IMG/VR virus record: IMGVR_UViG_3300020576_004326
Coordinates: 22,919-86,918 of that record
Reading direction: 5' to 3' (one strand)
DNA from: a virus
Lineage: Duplodnaviria > Caudoviricetes
DNA: 64,000 bases
In this document: piece after piece, positions 49,499 through 59,411 of the stretch
How the letters are laid out: every line of letters starts with the position of its first letter
How positions within the stretch are numbered: position 1 is the stretch's first letter
Position numbers and translations under genes: made by a program
Notes under the pieces: model-generated
Told to the model about the DNA's origin: nothing
Databases searched by the model: none
What the model saw: the letters and a program-made list of their open reading frames with translations, nothing else

Positions 49499-50174
49499 GA
49501 GGCTGCATTGACCAAGGTCGTAAGATACACGAAGGCGATGTCCGAAAACGGCATCACCGAAGAAGACTTCGCCGAGATGCGCAAGCGCGGCTGGTCGTAC
49601 CTGAAGGAAGAAGACGGGCTCGTCTACCTACAGAGGCCCGCTCGCCACGACGAGGCGGGTTGGTACGGCGCCGACGTCGGCGCCGACAGCGTCGAGCACG
49701 CGCGGCACATCGACAGCGCCAAAGACTTCTCTCTGAGATCGTACATAGGAGGAGTGAGCAAGAGCAGGCGGTCGCCCGACCACCCCGGACTGTCGTTTCT
49801 TCTGCTGGGCACCGACGGAGACCAGGCCGTCGGGATGAACGTGAATGCCGACGGCCGCGTCTCTCAGTACTTTCACCGCAAGGTGAAGCAGAACAATCGC
49901 GGCGCCCACTTCGACCTCGACGGGCTGGGACGAATCTATCTCGCAGAGTGCTCGGCTCCTATCACTCGTGAGCAGGCGGCGCCGATGTTCGCGGTACGGC
50001 GCATGCTGAACGAGTGCACCGGCGACGACCCCTACGCGCAGGGGATGCGAGCGGGCCTGCAGGCCGCCCTGTCGGTGATCAACGGGGAGGCCGGAAAACC
50101 CCTCGGGGAAGGCGCTACCTCCCTGGGCGCGTGACTCGCTCGAAAACGGCTATATTCCTCTAGGGGTTTCGCCC

Positions 50175-50203
50175 TAGACTATGCGCCCGAATCGGCGTAC
50201 AAT
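50175..50203 (+). promoter_or_regulatory. sigma70-type promoter
   Basis: TAGACT-N17-TACAAT followed by AGAGACGCGAG, the same 11-mer that follows the 7045 promoter. Confidence 0.6.
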
Positions 50204-50424
50204 AGAGACGCGAGAGAAGGCGCTCGCGTTAACGACAAATTAACGGGGTGCTTAGGCGGAAAGGCTCTCAGTAATTCTCTGGCGCTACTGTCCGCCTGTG
50301 CCAGAGAAGGCGGGGAGAGGAGTTCCCAATCCTCTCCCCGCTACCCTCGCAGAGTTCAGCTGCGAGCCGAGACGTCTCGGCTCGCAGGTGCACTCCTGCA
50401 CCGCAAAGAGAAGAGAGTACTTCG

Positions 50425-51135
50425 ATGACCAAGTTCACGCTCGACGCCTTCCTCACCGGCCTGACCAAAGAAGTTCGGGCCCTCGACGACGCCGCCCTCG
50501 ACCGCGCGGTGAAGCTCTGCGGCAAGTGGTTCGAAGCCGAGAAGGACGAAATTCGCGGCGCGCTCGCCGGCAAGCGCTCGGCCAAGGTCGCGTTCATCAT
50601 GGGCAGCGACCCCGTGATGACCGACGACGGCCTCGCCGGCTTCGCCGAGAGCCTCCGCACTCGCGGAATCCTCGAGGCGCACGAAGAGGCCGAAGAGAAG
50701 CCGGCCAAGAAAGCGGAGAAGGTCGACGCGGCTCCGGCCAAGAAGTCGAAGGCCAAGAAGGCCGCCCCCGCCAAGAAAGCCAAGTCCAAGAAGGCCGACG
50801 ACGCCCCGGTCGCCGCGACCGGCAAGTCGGCGACCGTGAGCATCTCGGGCAACCCGCAGAAGGTGGTCGAGATGCTCGGCATCAACCGCGAAGTCGGCGA
50901 CTCGAAGGTCGTCGTCGTGAAGCGCGCCGCCTACACGGCGACGGCGGTGCCGAACGAGGGCGTCGTCTTCAAGTTCAAGACGGGCGCCGTGCCGAAAGTC
51001 GTCAAGTACTTTCGCAATCGCCTCGAGGACAAAGACCTGCGTCGCATCCGCATCGAGACATCGGCCGAACTCCCCGAGAAGATCGTGGAGCGCCTCGAGC
51101 TGCGCTCGACCTCGAAGGGCTACGCCATCGCGTGA
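50425..51135 (+). CDS. hypothetical protein with Ala/Lys-rich linker
   Basis: Very strong GC3 bias; TACTTCG-ATG start. Confidence 0.7.
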   Translation: MTKFTLDAFLTGLTKEVRALDDAALDRAVKLCGKWFEAEKDEIRGALAGKRSAKVAFIMGSDPVMTDDGLAGFAESLRTRGILEAHEEAEEKPAKKAEKVDAAPAKKSKAKKAAPAKKAKSKKADDAPVAATGKSATVSISGNPQKVVEMLGINREVGDSKVVVVKRAAYTATAVPNEGVVFKFKTGAVPKVVKYFRNRLEDKDLRRIRIETSAELPEKIVERLELRSTSKGYAIA

Positions 51136-51871
51136 CCGTTCGATGAACTCCTAGTACCCGGGTCGGAACGTCCGACCCGGCCTCCCTGCAACTTCGATAA
51201 CTTCAAGGAGCTTCGCATGAACGCGAAACTGGTAGACACCCTCGCCGCCCAGGCCATTTCCACCAGCGAGGGAGTGGCCCTCATGGCCGCGCCCTTCGCC
51301 GTGATCTTCGTCGTGCTCGTCGCCATGGCCTACGCTCACGCCGTCGAAGTGACGGGGCGTGACCCCGTGCGCGCCGCCCTTGCCTCCCTCCGCTCGCGCG
51401 TGGGAGGAAAGTGATGCCCCGGCTGCTCTGCATCGAGCACGAGACGCAGGAGGTCTTGTGCGACTTCGAAGCTAAGGTTCCAGAGGTCGGCGCCGAGGTG
51501 TTCGTGCCCGACGAACGCGAACCGAGATACTCGTCGGTTCGCAACGTGCTGCACGTAGTTCGGCGGCCCGACGTGCCCTACTACGAGGTGCGCCTGGGCA
51601 GGCCGCTGTCTGTGCCCTACGCACTCGTCGACCTGACGGCTGCGCAGCTGTCTGCGATCACGAAGCGCGTGCAGGTACTCGTCAGGCACGACGACCGCAA
51701 GCCCTTCGAGTACGAGGACCTGATGGTCCAGACGCTGGTGAACGCCGTGTTCACCGCTTGGCGGCTGTCGCTCATGGGCGGCGGCCAACCCGTCGATGCT
51801 ATCGACGGCGTTACGGTACCGACCAAGACGCTGCTCGACGCCGTCGGCGACCTGATCAGGAGGATAGACCG

Positions 51872-52372
51872 GTGACAGAAGACGCGCCCAAGCCCGTCCT
51901 CGTAGTGATCGACGGACCCGACCTCTATCGGCAGGAGCGCGACTCGGGCACGCGCTTCTCCTACCACGGCGTGAGACCCTGGGTGGGAGAGTGCGGCATG
52001 GTGGCGCGCGAGGTGCGCTACTACGCCTCGCCGGTGAACCGCAACGGGTTCATTCGCGTGCGCCCGCTGCTCGACTTCTTGCTCGCGCAGGAGGTAGTCG
52101 TGGTGGAGAGTACTAACGCCCTGTACTCGCACCTGCTCCTCGACTGCGCGTCGGCTGCAGACGATGTCGGCGCGGTCCTCGTCGTGTCCTCGTCCCCCGC
52201 TCTGGCCCCCCTCGGCGCGTTCATGCGCCGACGGGGCAAGAAGATGTACGTAGCGTGCGTCGATCGGTACCTGTCGACCGACTTGAGGTCGGCGTCAGAC
52301 TACGTGTTCCCCCTCGAAAGCAGCGGCCTGCTAGAGAAGTTCTCGCGGCCCGCACACGGAGACAGACAATGA
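51872..52372 (+). CDS. degenerate NYN/LabA-like (PIN-fold) protein
   Basis: VVIDGPD, ..RRRGKK.YV, S.DLR.ASDYVF.LE; lacks the SGDGDF acidic motif. Confidence 0.5.
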   Translation: MTEDAPKPVLVVIDGPDLYRQERDSGTRFSYHGVRPWVGECGMVAREVRYYASPVNRNGFIRVRPLLDFLLAQEVVVVESTNALYSHLLLDCASAADDVGAVLVVSSSPALAPLGAFMRRRGKKMYVACVDRYLSTDLRSASDYVFPLESSGLLEKFSRPAHGDRQ

Positions 52373-53248
52373 ACAGCGATCACCTGACCATGGCGGCCAT
52401 GTCGTGCCTGCTGGGAATCACCCACCCGGCGAGCCGGTCATACGTAGACCCGAACAGGCTGTTCGCCTACGAGGCTTCCTCGAAGCTCCGCATCCTGCAC
52501 CTGTCTATGCCCGAGCACGTTCGCATCGAGCAGACGCTCGAAACGATGGCGGCGTGGCAGGAGTGCGTCGTAGCAGCGCGCGGCTTCGTGCAGGGCTCTA
52601 CTCACACGGAGCAGTCTGTCGAGATTTGGGCGCGAGCAGCCCTGGCTACGCTGTCTGCCCCGCCGAAGATCGGCAGCTCCTGGGCCGAGCGCGGCTTCTC
52701 GGATCGCGCCATCGAGGTGGTTCGACAGATGGCTCCGGAGGTCCCGAAGGCGGAGCCCAAGCTGTCGCGCGAAGACGAGGATCGCCTCGCGCGCCTTCGC
52801 TACGATGCCCGGTTCGCCACCGGCGAAGACCTGGCCGAGATTCGCGAGCAGATCGCGTCTCTGACGGGAGAGGACTGACGTGCTATCCGACGAGGAGTTG
52901 AAGCTGGTCCTGGCGCTGCTAACCATCTTAGCTGTGCTCGTTTTAACGGCCGTGCGGTAGGCACCGCATAGAGTAAAGGAGAGAAGACTATGATTGCATT
53001 CCCTGCGATGCTCGTTGATGCCGCGGAGAGGGCAGGCATGAAGGTGCCTCCCGACCCCGACGCCTTCGACAAGAGCGAGTTCCCGCACTTCGCGTGCTTC
53101 TGCACTCTGCAGCTGTGCCGCCCCACTCAGCACGGAGAGCACTGGGAGAACGCAAAGGTTATAGCCCGCGTGCCCGACGCCGAGATAACGAAGCTGTCTC
53201 TCGAAGACTTCTTGGCGCGCGGTCTCCGCTACCAACAGTGACGAACAC

Positions 53249-53276
53249 GAGCGGGGCACGACGTCGTGCCCCGCTC
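53249..53276. repeat. perfect 28-bp palindrome
   Basis: GAGCGGGGCACGACGTCGTGCCCCGCTC is its own reverse complement; lies upstream of the ligase. Confidence 0.8.
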
Positions 53277-53313
53277 TTCCGTATTTCTACTGCTCACGCC
53301 CAGGAGAATTTCG

Positions 53314-53997
53314 ATGGTGAGTAAGCCTGCACCCCTCCTCAAGGTCACCACGCGCGGCTTCACGAAAGAAGACGGCGCCCGCATCGCGGCCAAGCTCTCT
53401 GCTTGGGACGTCGCCTACCACGCGGGCAAGCCCGTCGTGTCGGACGCCAAGTGGGACAAGTACCGCGACATGCTCGCGCGCGGCATGCCCGACCACCCCT
53501 ACCTCAAGAAGATCGGCGCCCCCGTCGCCAAGACGGCGAAGGGCGAACGGGCACGCTCGCGCAAAGAAGCGCTGCCCTTCACCGTCGGCTCTCTCGACAA
53601 GGTACGCCCGGCCGACCTGCCGCGCTGGATGGAGAAGCTCGCCGCCAAGTCTCCGCAGAAGTGCTGGCTCGTCTCTCCCAAGTTCGACGGCGCCAGCCTC
53701 TCGATCCGCTACGTGGACGGTCGCTTCGACCGCGCCTGGACGCGCGGAGACGGCACCGAGGGCCAAGTCGTCACCGAGGCCGCGCGCCACGTTCAGGGCG
53801 TCCTGAAGACGATGGTTCCCTGCAAGGCCTTCTCCGCCAAGGGCACGTTCGTCGTTCGCGGCGAGGTGGTCATGCACCGCAGCATCTTCGACAAGTTCTA
53901 CGCTCTAATACCAGACGATAAAATACAAGACAAGCGAGAAGAAGTAGCCCGATTAGAAAAGCTATTAGCAAAACTTAGGAAAGAAGATGAAAAATAA
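53314..53997 (+). CDS. ligA: NAD-dependent DNA ligase, N-terminal half
   Basis: GSLDK, SPKFDG (KxDG), TRGDG.EG, VRGEVVM. Confidence 0.88.
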   Translation: MVSKPAPLLKVTTRGFTKEDGARIAAKLSAWDVAYHAGKPVVSDAKWDKYRDMLARGMPDHPYLKKIGAPVAKTAKGERARSRKEALPFTVGSLDKVRPADLPRWMEKLAAKSPQKCWLVSPKFDGASLSIRYVDGRFDRAWTRGDGTEGQVVTEAARHVQGVLKTMVPCKAFSAKGTFVVRGEVVMHRSIFDKFYALIPDDKIQDKREEVARLEKLLAKLRKEDEK

Positions 53998-54493
53998 AAA
54001 AGAATTTGTAGAATACGCCATCCGCAAGGCCATAAAAGCCAAGCGCCCTGCACGTAAGTGCTTGATTTGGCCTTTCTTCCGCGACAATAACGGTCGTGCT
54101 AAGATTTGGCCCCTGAAAGGTAGTGCGGTTGAGCAGTTGGTTCATAGAACTGTATGCACAGCCCTACACGGTAAACCACCTAGAGCTAAGCCCTTAGCCC
54201 TTCACTCTTGCGGTAACGGTCACCTAGGCTGCATAGAAGGCACCCACCTTTATTGGGGCAATCATAAAGATAATTCAAGAGACATGGTAGCTCACGGTAC
54301 TACAAATACCCCGCATAATCAAGCGCGCGGCACGCGAGTTCCTCAAGCAGTTCTTACCGATCGCGAAGTTATATCTATAAGAAAACGCTCGGCTAGAGGA
54401 GAAAAGGGCTATGTTCTTGCCGCAGAATTTGGCGTAAAGAAATCCACAGTATCTCGCATCATAAATAGACGATCTTGGACACATCTGGAGTAA
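53987..54493 (+). CDS. HNH homing endonuclease splitting ligA
   Basis: CLIWP, HRTVC, LHSCGN..C...HL.WG..KDN..D, C-terminal HTH; AT-rich. Confidence 0.88.
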   Translation: MKNKKEFVEYAIRKAIKAKRPARKCLIWPFFRDNNGRAKIWPLKGSAVEQLVHRTVCTALHGKPPRAKPLALHSCGNGHLGCIEGTHLYWGNHKDNSRDMVAHGTTNTPHNQARGTRVPQAVLTDREVISIRKRSARGEKGYVLAAEFGVKKSTVSRIINRRSWTHLE

Positions 54494-54498
54494 CTTCG

Positions 54499-56217
54499 AT
54501 GACTTCAATAGTGGAGGTAGAGCGCAAGCTAGCTATCGCGCGTGCAGAACTTTCTGCAATGGAAAATCGCAGCAAATTATCTGCATATCGTACGCCGCGC
54601 AACATGGTCACCGGCCTGCTCAACCGCATCGACGCGTCGGAGGTCAAGGTAGACCTCGAGCGGTGCACGTTCATCGCGCTGTCGATCTTCCACGAAGACC
54701 GCAAGCTCGGCTGGGTCCGCCCGTTCGACGCCCACGCCGAGTGGGTGCACCTCCTGCTGTCGGGCTTCACGACCTCGACCCACCCGCAGCGCTACTCGCC
54801 CGCGCACGACAAGATCGTCGCGCTCGTGCGCGCGGGTCACGGCGGTCTCCGCCGAATGCTGCCCGTGCTGCCCGTCGAGGGTCGCCTCGGCGACCTCACG
54901 GTGCTCGACCACGTGCCGACCGCCGAGGAGGCGACGTCGATCATGCGCGCCATCTACAAGGCGGTAGACGTGCCGTGCGACGGCGTCGTCGTGCAGCCCG
55001 TCTCGAACAAGTACTGGCAGCGGCGCGGCGCTCAGCTAGAAGATCGTCCGCCGTTCATGGTAGCCGTCAAGCTCGACGCGCACGAGCAGGCCAACGCCGT
55101 CGGCAAGATCGGCTCCGTCGAGTGGAACGTGTCGAAGCGCGGGCTCCTCAAGCCGCGCCTGATCCTCGAGAAGCCGCTCAACTTCGACGGCGTCGAGGTT
55201 ACCTACGCCACCGCAAACAACGCGTCGTTCGTTCGCAAGTGGGGGCTGCGCGCGGGCCGCTCCATCAAGATGGTTCGGTCGGGAGACGTTATCCCGCGCG
55301 TCGTGGCGGTCAAGGCCGACGGCGAGTGGCACCCGCTGTCGCTTCGCAAGAAGGTCAAGGTCGGCAAGGAGGTTCGCGTCAAGCTGGTGGACGGTCCGGG
55401 CATCAAAGACGCCCGCGCCGAGCGCTCGCTCCCCACCAAGTGCCCCGCCTGCTCCAGCAAGCTGCGCTGGACGCCGAAGGGCACAGACCTCGAGTGCATG
55501 AACGGCGACTGCGAGTCGCGACGCGACAGGTCGGTTGCGTCGTTCTTCCGCACGCTAGGCGTAGACGACGTGGCGTCTGGCACGATCGGGCACCTCATCG
55601 AGGCCGGCATGGACACGGTGCCGAAGATTCTGCGCGGCGCCACCGTCAAGGCGCTGCGTCGCCTTGAGAACTACGGAGACAAGAAGGCGGCGCTCGTGTC
55701 GTCGGCCATCGCGGGCGCGCTCAAGGACAAGCCGCTCGCGACGGTGATGCACGCCAGCGGCGTATTCTCTAGCTCCGAGTTCGCGCTCGGCAGTACCCGC
55801 CTGCAGGCGATAGTCGACCACGTGGGCGCCGGCGGCGTAGCTCGCGGCGGCGACGCGGCACTTCGCCGCAAGCTGGCGACGCTGTCGGGTCTGGGCAAGG
55901 CGGGCCTCGACCTCTTCCTCAAGCGGCTGCCGGCTTGGCGCAAGTTCTACGCCGACGTATCCGACATGCACGAAGAGTCGAGCGGCCCCAAGACGCTCAA
56001 GGGCGTGCGCGTAGCCTTCACGGGTTTCCGCGATGCCGAAGCCGAGAAGTACGTGCTCCAGCACGGAGGCTCTACGGGCGGCGTGAGTAAGAACACGACG
56101 GTGCTGTTCGCAGCGGCGCTGTCGTCGGGGAAGGCTAAGAAGGCCGACGCCCTCGACATACCCGTAGTCGCCAAGGACAAGATGTGGGCTTGGCTCAAGA
56201 AGCGCGGAGAGAAGTGA
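54499..56217 (+). CDS. ligA: NAD-dependent DNA ligase, C-terminal half
   Basis: GGAG RBS plus ATG; TPRN..TG.L, DGVVV, VAVK, SGDVIPRV, CPAC...C Zn finger, HhH repeats, BRCT (VAFTG). Confidence 0.88.
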   Translation: MTSIVEVERKLAIARAELSAMENRSKLSAYRTPRNMVTGLLNRIDASEVKVDLERCTFIALSIFHEDRKLGWVRPFDAHAEWVHLLLSGFTTSTHPQRYSPAHDKIVALVRAGHGGLRRMLPVLPVEGRLGDLTVLDHVPTAEEATSIMRAIYKAVDVPCDGVVVQPVSNKYWQRRGAQLEDRPPFMVAVKLDAHEQANAVGKIGSVEWNVSKRGLLKPRLILEKPLNFDGVEVTYATANNASFVRKWGLRAGRSIKMVRSGDVIPRVVAVKADGEWHPLSLRKKVKVGKEVRVKLVDGPGIKDARAERSLPTKCPACSSKLRWTPKGTDLECMNGDCESRRDRSVASFFRTLGVDDVASGTIGHLIEAGMDTVPKILRGATVKALRRLENYGDKKAALVSSAIAGALKDKPLATVMHASGVFSSSEFALGSTRLQAIVDHVGAGGVARGGDAALRRKLATLSGLGKAGLDLFLKRLPAWRKFYADVSDMHEESSGPKTLKGVRVAFTGFRDAEAEKYVLQHGGSTGGVSKNTTVLFAAALSSGKAKKADALDIPVVAKDKMWAWLKKRGEK

Positions 56218-57351
56218 CGACTAAGCCAAAAGTACGCTACCTGGTAAGGCGAAGAGCGACTTGCGGCGACTGCTAGATTTTACAGCGCAGAGGAGCAAAC
56301 CATGAAGATAGTAGATGCAATTCGCCGCCACTTCTCGTCGGCCTGCCAGACGATAGACGAACTAGGCTACTACGTTATCGGCCAGTCGCCCACCTACACT
56401 CAGTGCACGTTCTTTAACGACCGAGCGCTGAAGCATCTCTCGATAGACGCGATAGCCGAGCTGCTCAGCTACCAGCGCAGGTTAGGCAGCTCTACCTGCG
56501 TCGTACTAGAGGGCGAATTTCCCATACTGGGCAGCCGAATAATCTTGGCGTACTTCGACTCTGCTATCAAGGCCACGGGCGTGGTCGGTGAATTTAAGTT
56601 CGTGAAGAGCAGGCATCGACAAGTCGGAGAGGTCGTCCGCGTTACACCCGAGCTGTACGGCCGCCTCTTGAACAGGAAGCAGAACGATGAACCTAGGGTA
56701 CTGTCGCCGCTGGCGATTCGCATGCTGCTCACGTATAGCTACGCCTCCGATCCGGAGGCTTCGCTAGGAATCATCTCGCGCACCGTCCCCGCGCACGAGG
56801 CTCGCAAGTTCTTCGAGGAGGAGGGACTGGTAACCCGTGACGGCGACGCGCTCGCCGTCACGGCGCGAGGCAAGGCGTACATCGAAGCGCTCTGCCGCGT
56901 TCCTTTTCCTCCTAAGGAGGGCGCGTGATGGTCAGCCCCACTAAGGAGCAGCTCGCGGCGCTTCACGGCGAGTTCGAGAAGCTGGCGAGGCTGACGCCTG
57001 AGTCCTTCGAGGCCCGCGAGGCCAGGCGAGGAGAGGCATGGCGCGCCGCCTTCCACAAGTGGATCGATGCAGTGACGCCAGACGTGCTCAACGGCGTATT
57101 CGTCTCGCTGCGGGGAGGCGAGGCCATAGGCCTGCTACTTGTGGAGGCGGACATCGCCGAAACGTCGTTGAACGACGATAGAGAAGACTTCGACGATCTC
57201 TGGGACGAGCTGCCAGTCGACACTAAGGGTCTCCTGGTCGGCAAGACGATTCACGACGGCGGTCTCGTCGCTGGAACTACGGTAGAAGACGTCGAGGAGA
57301 TCAAGAGGTTGTTCCTTTCTGCGCTCAGAAAAGATGAGGGGGAATCGAACG

Positions 57352-57897
57352 ATGACTAAGCTCCGCAAGCTGCTGCACACGGCGACGCACAACACGGGGA
57401 CGCGCTCGCTCAAGCAGTCGATACTGGTACCCGAGGTCGAGGCGGCCCTGCTCGACTGGGTGGCCGGCGCACCCGGCGGCGTGCTGATCGGCGGGCTCGC
57501 GTTCTCGTTCTACGGGAAGCCGCGTACGACGCAAGACGTCGACGTGCTGTTCGTCCATCGCAGTATACCCGACGTCGTTCCGAAGTTCAAGCGAACGCGC
57601 CCCCACGCGTTCTTGCACCTCAGGACTCACGTCGAGATCGAGACGCTGGAGCCCAGCACCGTAGGGATGTCCCACGCACTGGCGGTGTGGATCGCGCACA
57701 CCGCGCACGAAGACTCGTCTCTCGGGGTGGTAACGCAGGTGGCGTCGCCCTCGGGCATAGTGGCGTCGAAGCTGGGGCGCTGGAACAAGCGCGACCAGGC
57801 AGACGCCGAAGAGCTTATGCAGCACTTCACTATAGACTTGGAAGCGGCGCCGCTCACCGCAGAGCAGCGCAAGCGATGGAGGGAGGCACAGACGTGA
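57352..57897 (+). CDS. nucleotidyltransferase-fold protein
   Basis: IGGLAFSFYGKPRTTQDVDVL (G-G...R.T.D.D) motif. Confidence 0.7.
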   Translation: MTKLRKLLHTATHNTGTRSLKQSILVPEVEAALLDWVAGAPGGVLIGGLAFSFYGKPRTTQDVDVLFVHRSIPDVVPKFKRTRPHAFLHLRTHVEIETLEPSTVGMSHALAVWIAHTAHEDSSLGVVTQVASPSGIVASKLGRWNKRDQADAEELMQHFTIDLEAAPLTAEQRKRWREAQT

Positions 57898-58029
57898 AGA
57901 GAAGAAGACGCAACCGGCTGCAGCTAGCGGATCGCGCCGCAGACATAGTCACAGCGTATGCGGGCTATCCGACCCCGAGCTGTGGTTAACCATCTACAAC
58001 CCGGTCGTAAGAGAGCTAGGAGCAAGACC

Positions 58030-58824
58030 ATGAATTTCGACATACACAGCGTACCGCTCGCTTCGCTAAATTCGATGACGAAGTACCCGTCCATCCCCAC
58101 CTACCACGCGCTTGATCCCAGCAACGGGTCGCTCATCGAGAGCCAGGTCACAGACTTCGGCCAAGACGAGGTGATCATGACCGAGAAGGTCGACGGCACC
58201 AACAGCCGCATCATTCTCTGCCCCGACGGGCCGTTCTTGATCGGCAGCCGCGAGGAGCTGCTGCACGCGGGAGGAGACGTCGTTGCGAACCCCTCCATGG
58301 GCATCGTCGACGCCCTGCGCGACGTCGCCAAGTCGGTCGCGGCGGGGTGGAATCCCAACCGCATCGTCGTTTTCTACCTCGAGACGTTCGGCGGCAAGAC
58401 GAGCAGCGGCTCCAAGAACTACGGCAGAGAAGTGACGGGCTACCGGCTGTTCGACATGTGCGATATCGAAGACTACGGCGAAGTGCTCTACTGGTCGCCA
58501 GAGCGCATCTCGTCGTGGCGAGAATCGGGCGGTCAGAAGTTCCGCGCCGAGGGCTGGCTGACGAATACGGCTAACCAGCTGGAGATTCCGGTCGCTCCGC
58601 GCATTCTCTTTCCGGGAGAGCTCCCCACGACGCTGAGCGGCATGAGCGACTTCTTGTCCGAACACCTGCCGAAGACGAAGTGCCTGCTGTCGCCTTCGGG
58701 CCTCGGCGTCCCAGAGGGAATAGTGCTACGCAACTACGACCGCAGCAAGATAGCCAAGGCGCGCTTCGAAGACTACGCGCGCACGCTACGTCGCATCATG
58801 CAGGGAGGGCGCGGCCGTGGCTAG
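58030..58824 (+). CDS. RNA ligase (Rnl2-like)
   Basis: KYPSI, TEKVDGTN, YRLFD, EGIVLR, IAK motifs. Confidence 0.8.
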   Translation: MNFDIHSVPLASLNSMTKYPSIPTYHALDPSNGSLIESQVTDFGQDEVIMTEKVDGTNSRIILCPDGPFLIGSREELLHAGGDVVANPSMGIVDALRDVAKSVAAGWNPNRIVVFYLETFGGKTSSGSKNYGREVTGYRLFDMCDIEDYGEVLYWSPERISSWRESGGQKFRAEGWLTNTANQLEIPVAPRILFPGELPTTLSGMSDFLSEHLPKTKCLLSPSGLGVPEGIVLRNYDRSKIAKARFEDYARTLRRIMQGGRGRG

Positions 58825-59411
58825 AGTTCGGAGAAGCACCGCCCCGCGCGCGAAGCCGCGGTACCGCGTAGGAGTCGTGATTCGACCCGTCGAGCTGCGC
58901 ATCGCAGACGAGTGGGCCGCAGAGTCGCTGCTACGGCTGCAGTGCGCCGTACACTGGCGCGCCTCCGCTGGCGACCCGCCGTCTACCGTGACGTGGGTCG
59001 TGTTCGTTCGGTCTGACACCGACTCGGATTGGCGCGTAGTAAATACTACCGAGTCGAGCATGATCGATGCCGTAAGCGGCGTGATACGCGAGGCGATCAA
59101 GTTCGCCAACAAGAGCCAGGTCGCCGCCCTCCACCCCGCCGCTCGGGTCACCTACTACGACCGCGAAGAGTACGGCAGGCTAGACTAGGAGCACGCCATG
59201 AAGGCCAAGAAGGTAACTAAGCAGCGCCGCCGAACGCTCGCGCGCAAGGCGGCGCAGAAGGAAGATCGCAAGAAGGAGCTGGCGCTAAGGCAGGAGCATA
59301 TGCATCGGCACCGCGCCGCGTTCGGTCGAAGCAGTGCGACTACGCTGACTGCAGTGGCAGCAGGGCTGTCGCTCTTAGCAGGACACCGCCGGCAGATAGA
59401 GGGGTACGAGT

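Noticed and set aside
50264-50424. ORF 50298-51146 and the hairpin-rich leader as a separate gene or riboswitch
   Set aside because: The ORF is an off-frame shadow of 50425-51135, and I could not match the hairpins to any known RNA family by eye.
53905-54590. Ligase insert as a group I intron or intein
   Set aside because: No P7-like core of the kind seen in the thyA intron, no Cys...His-Asn termini, and the C-half has its own RBS and ATG.
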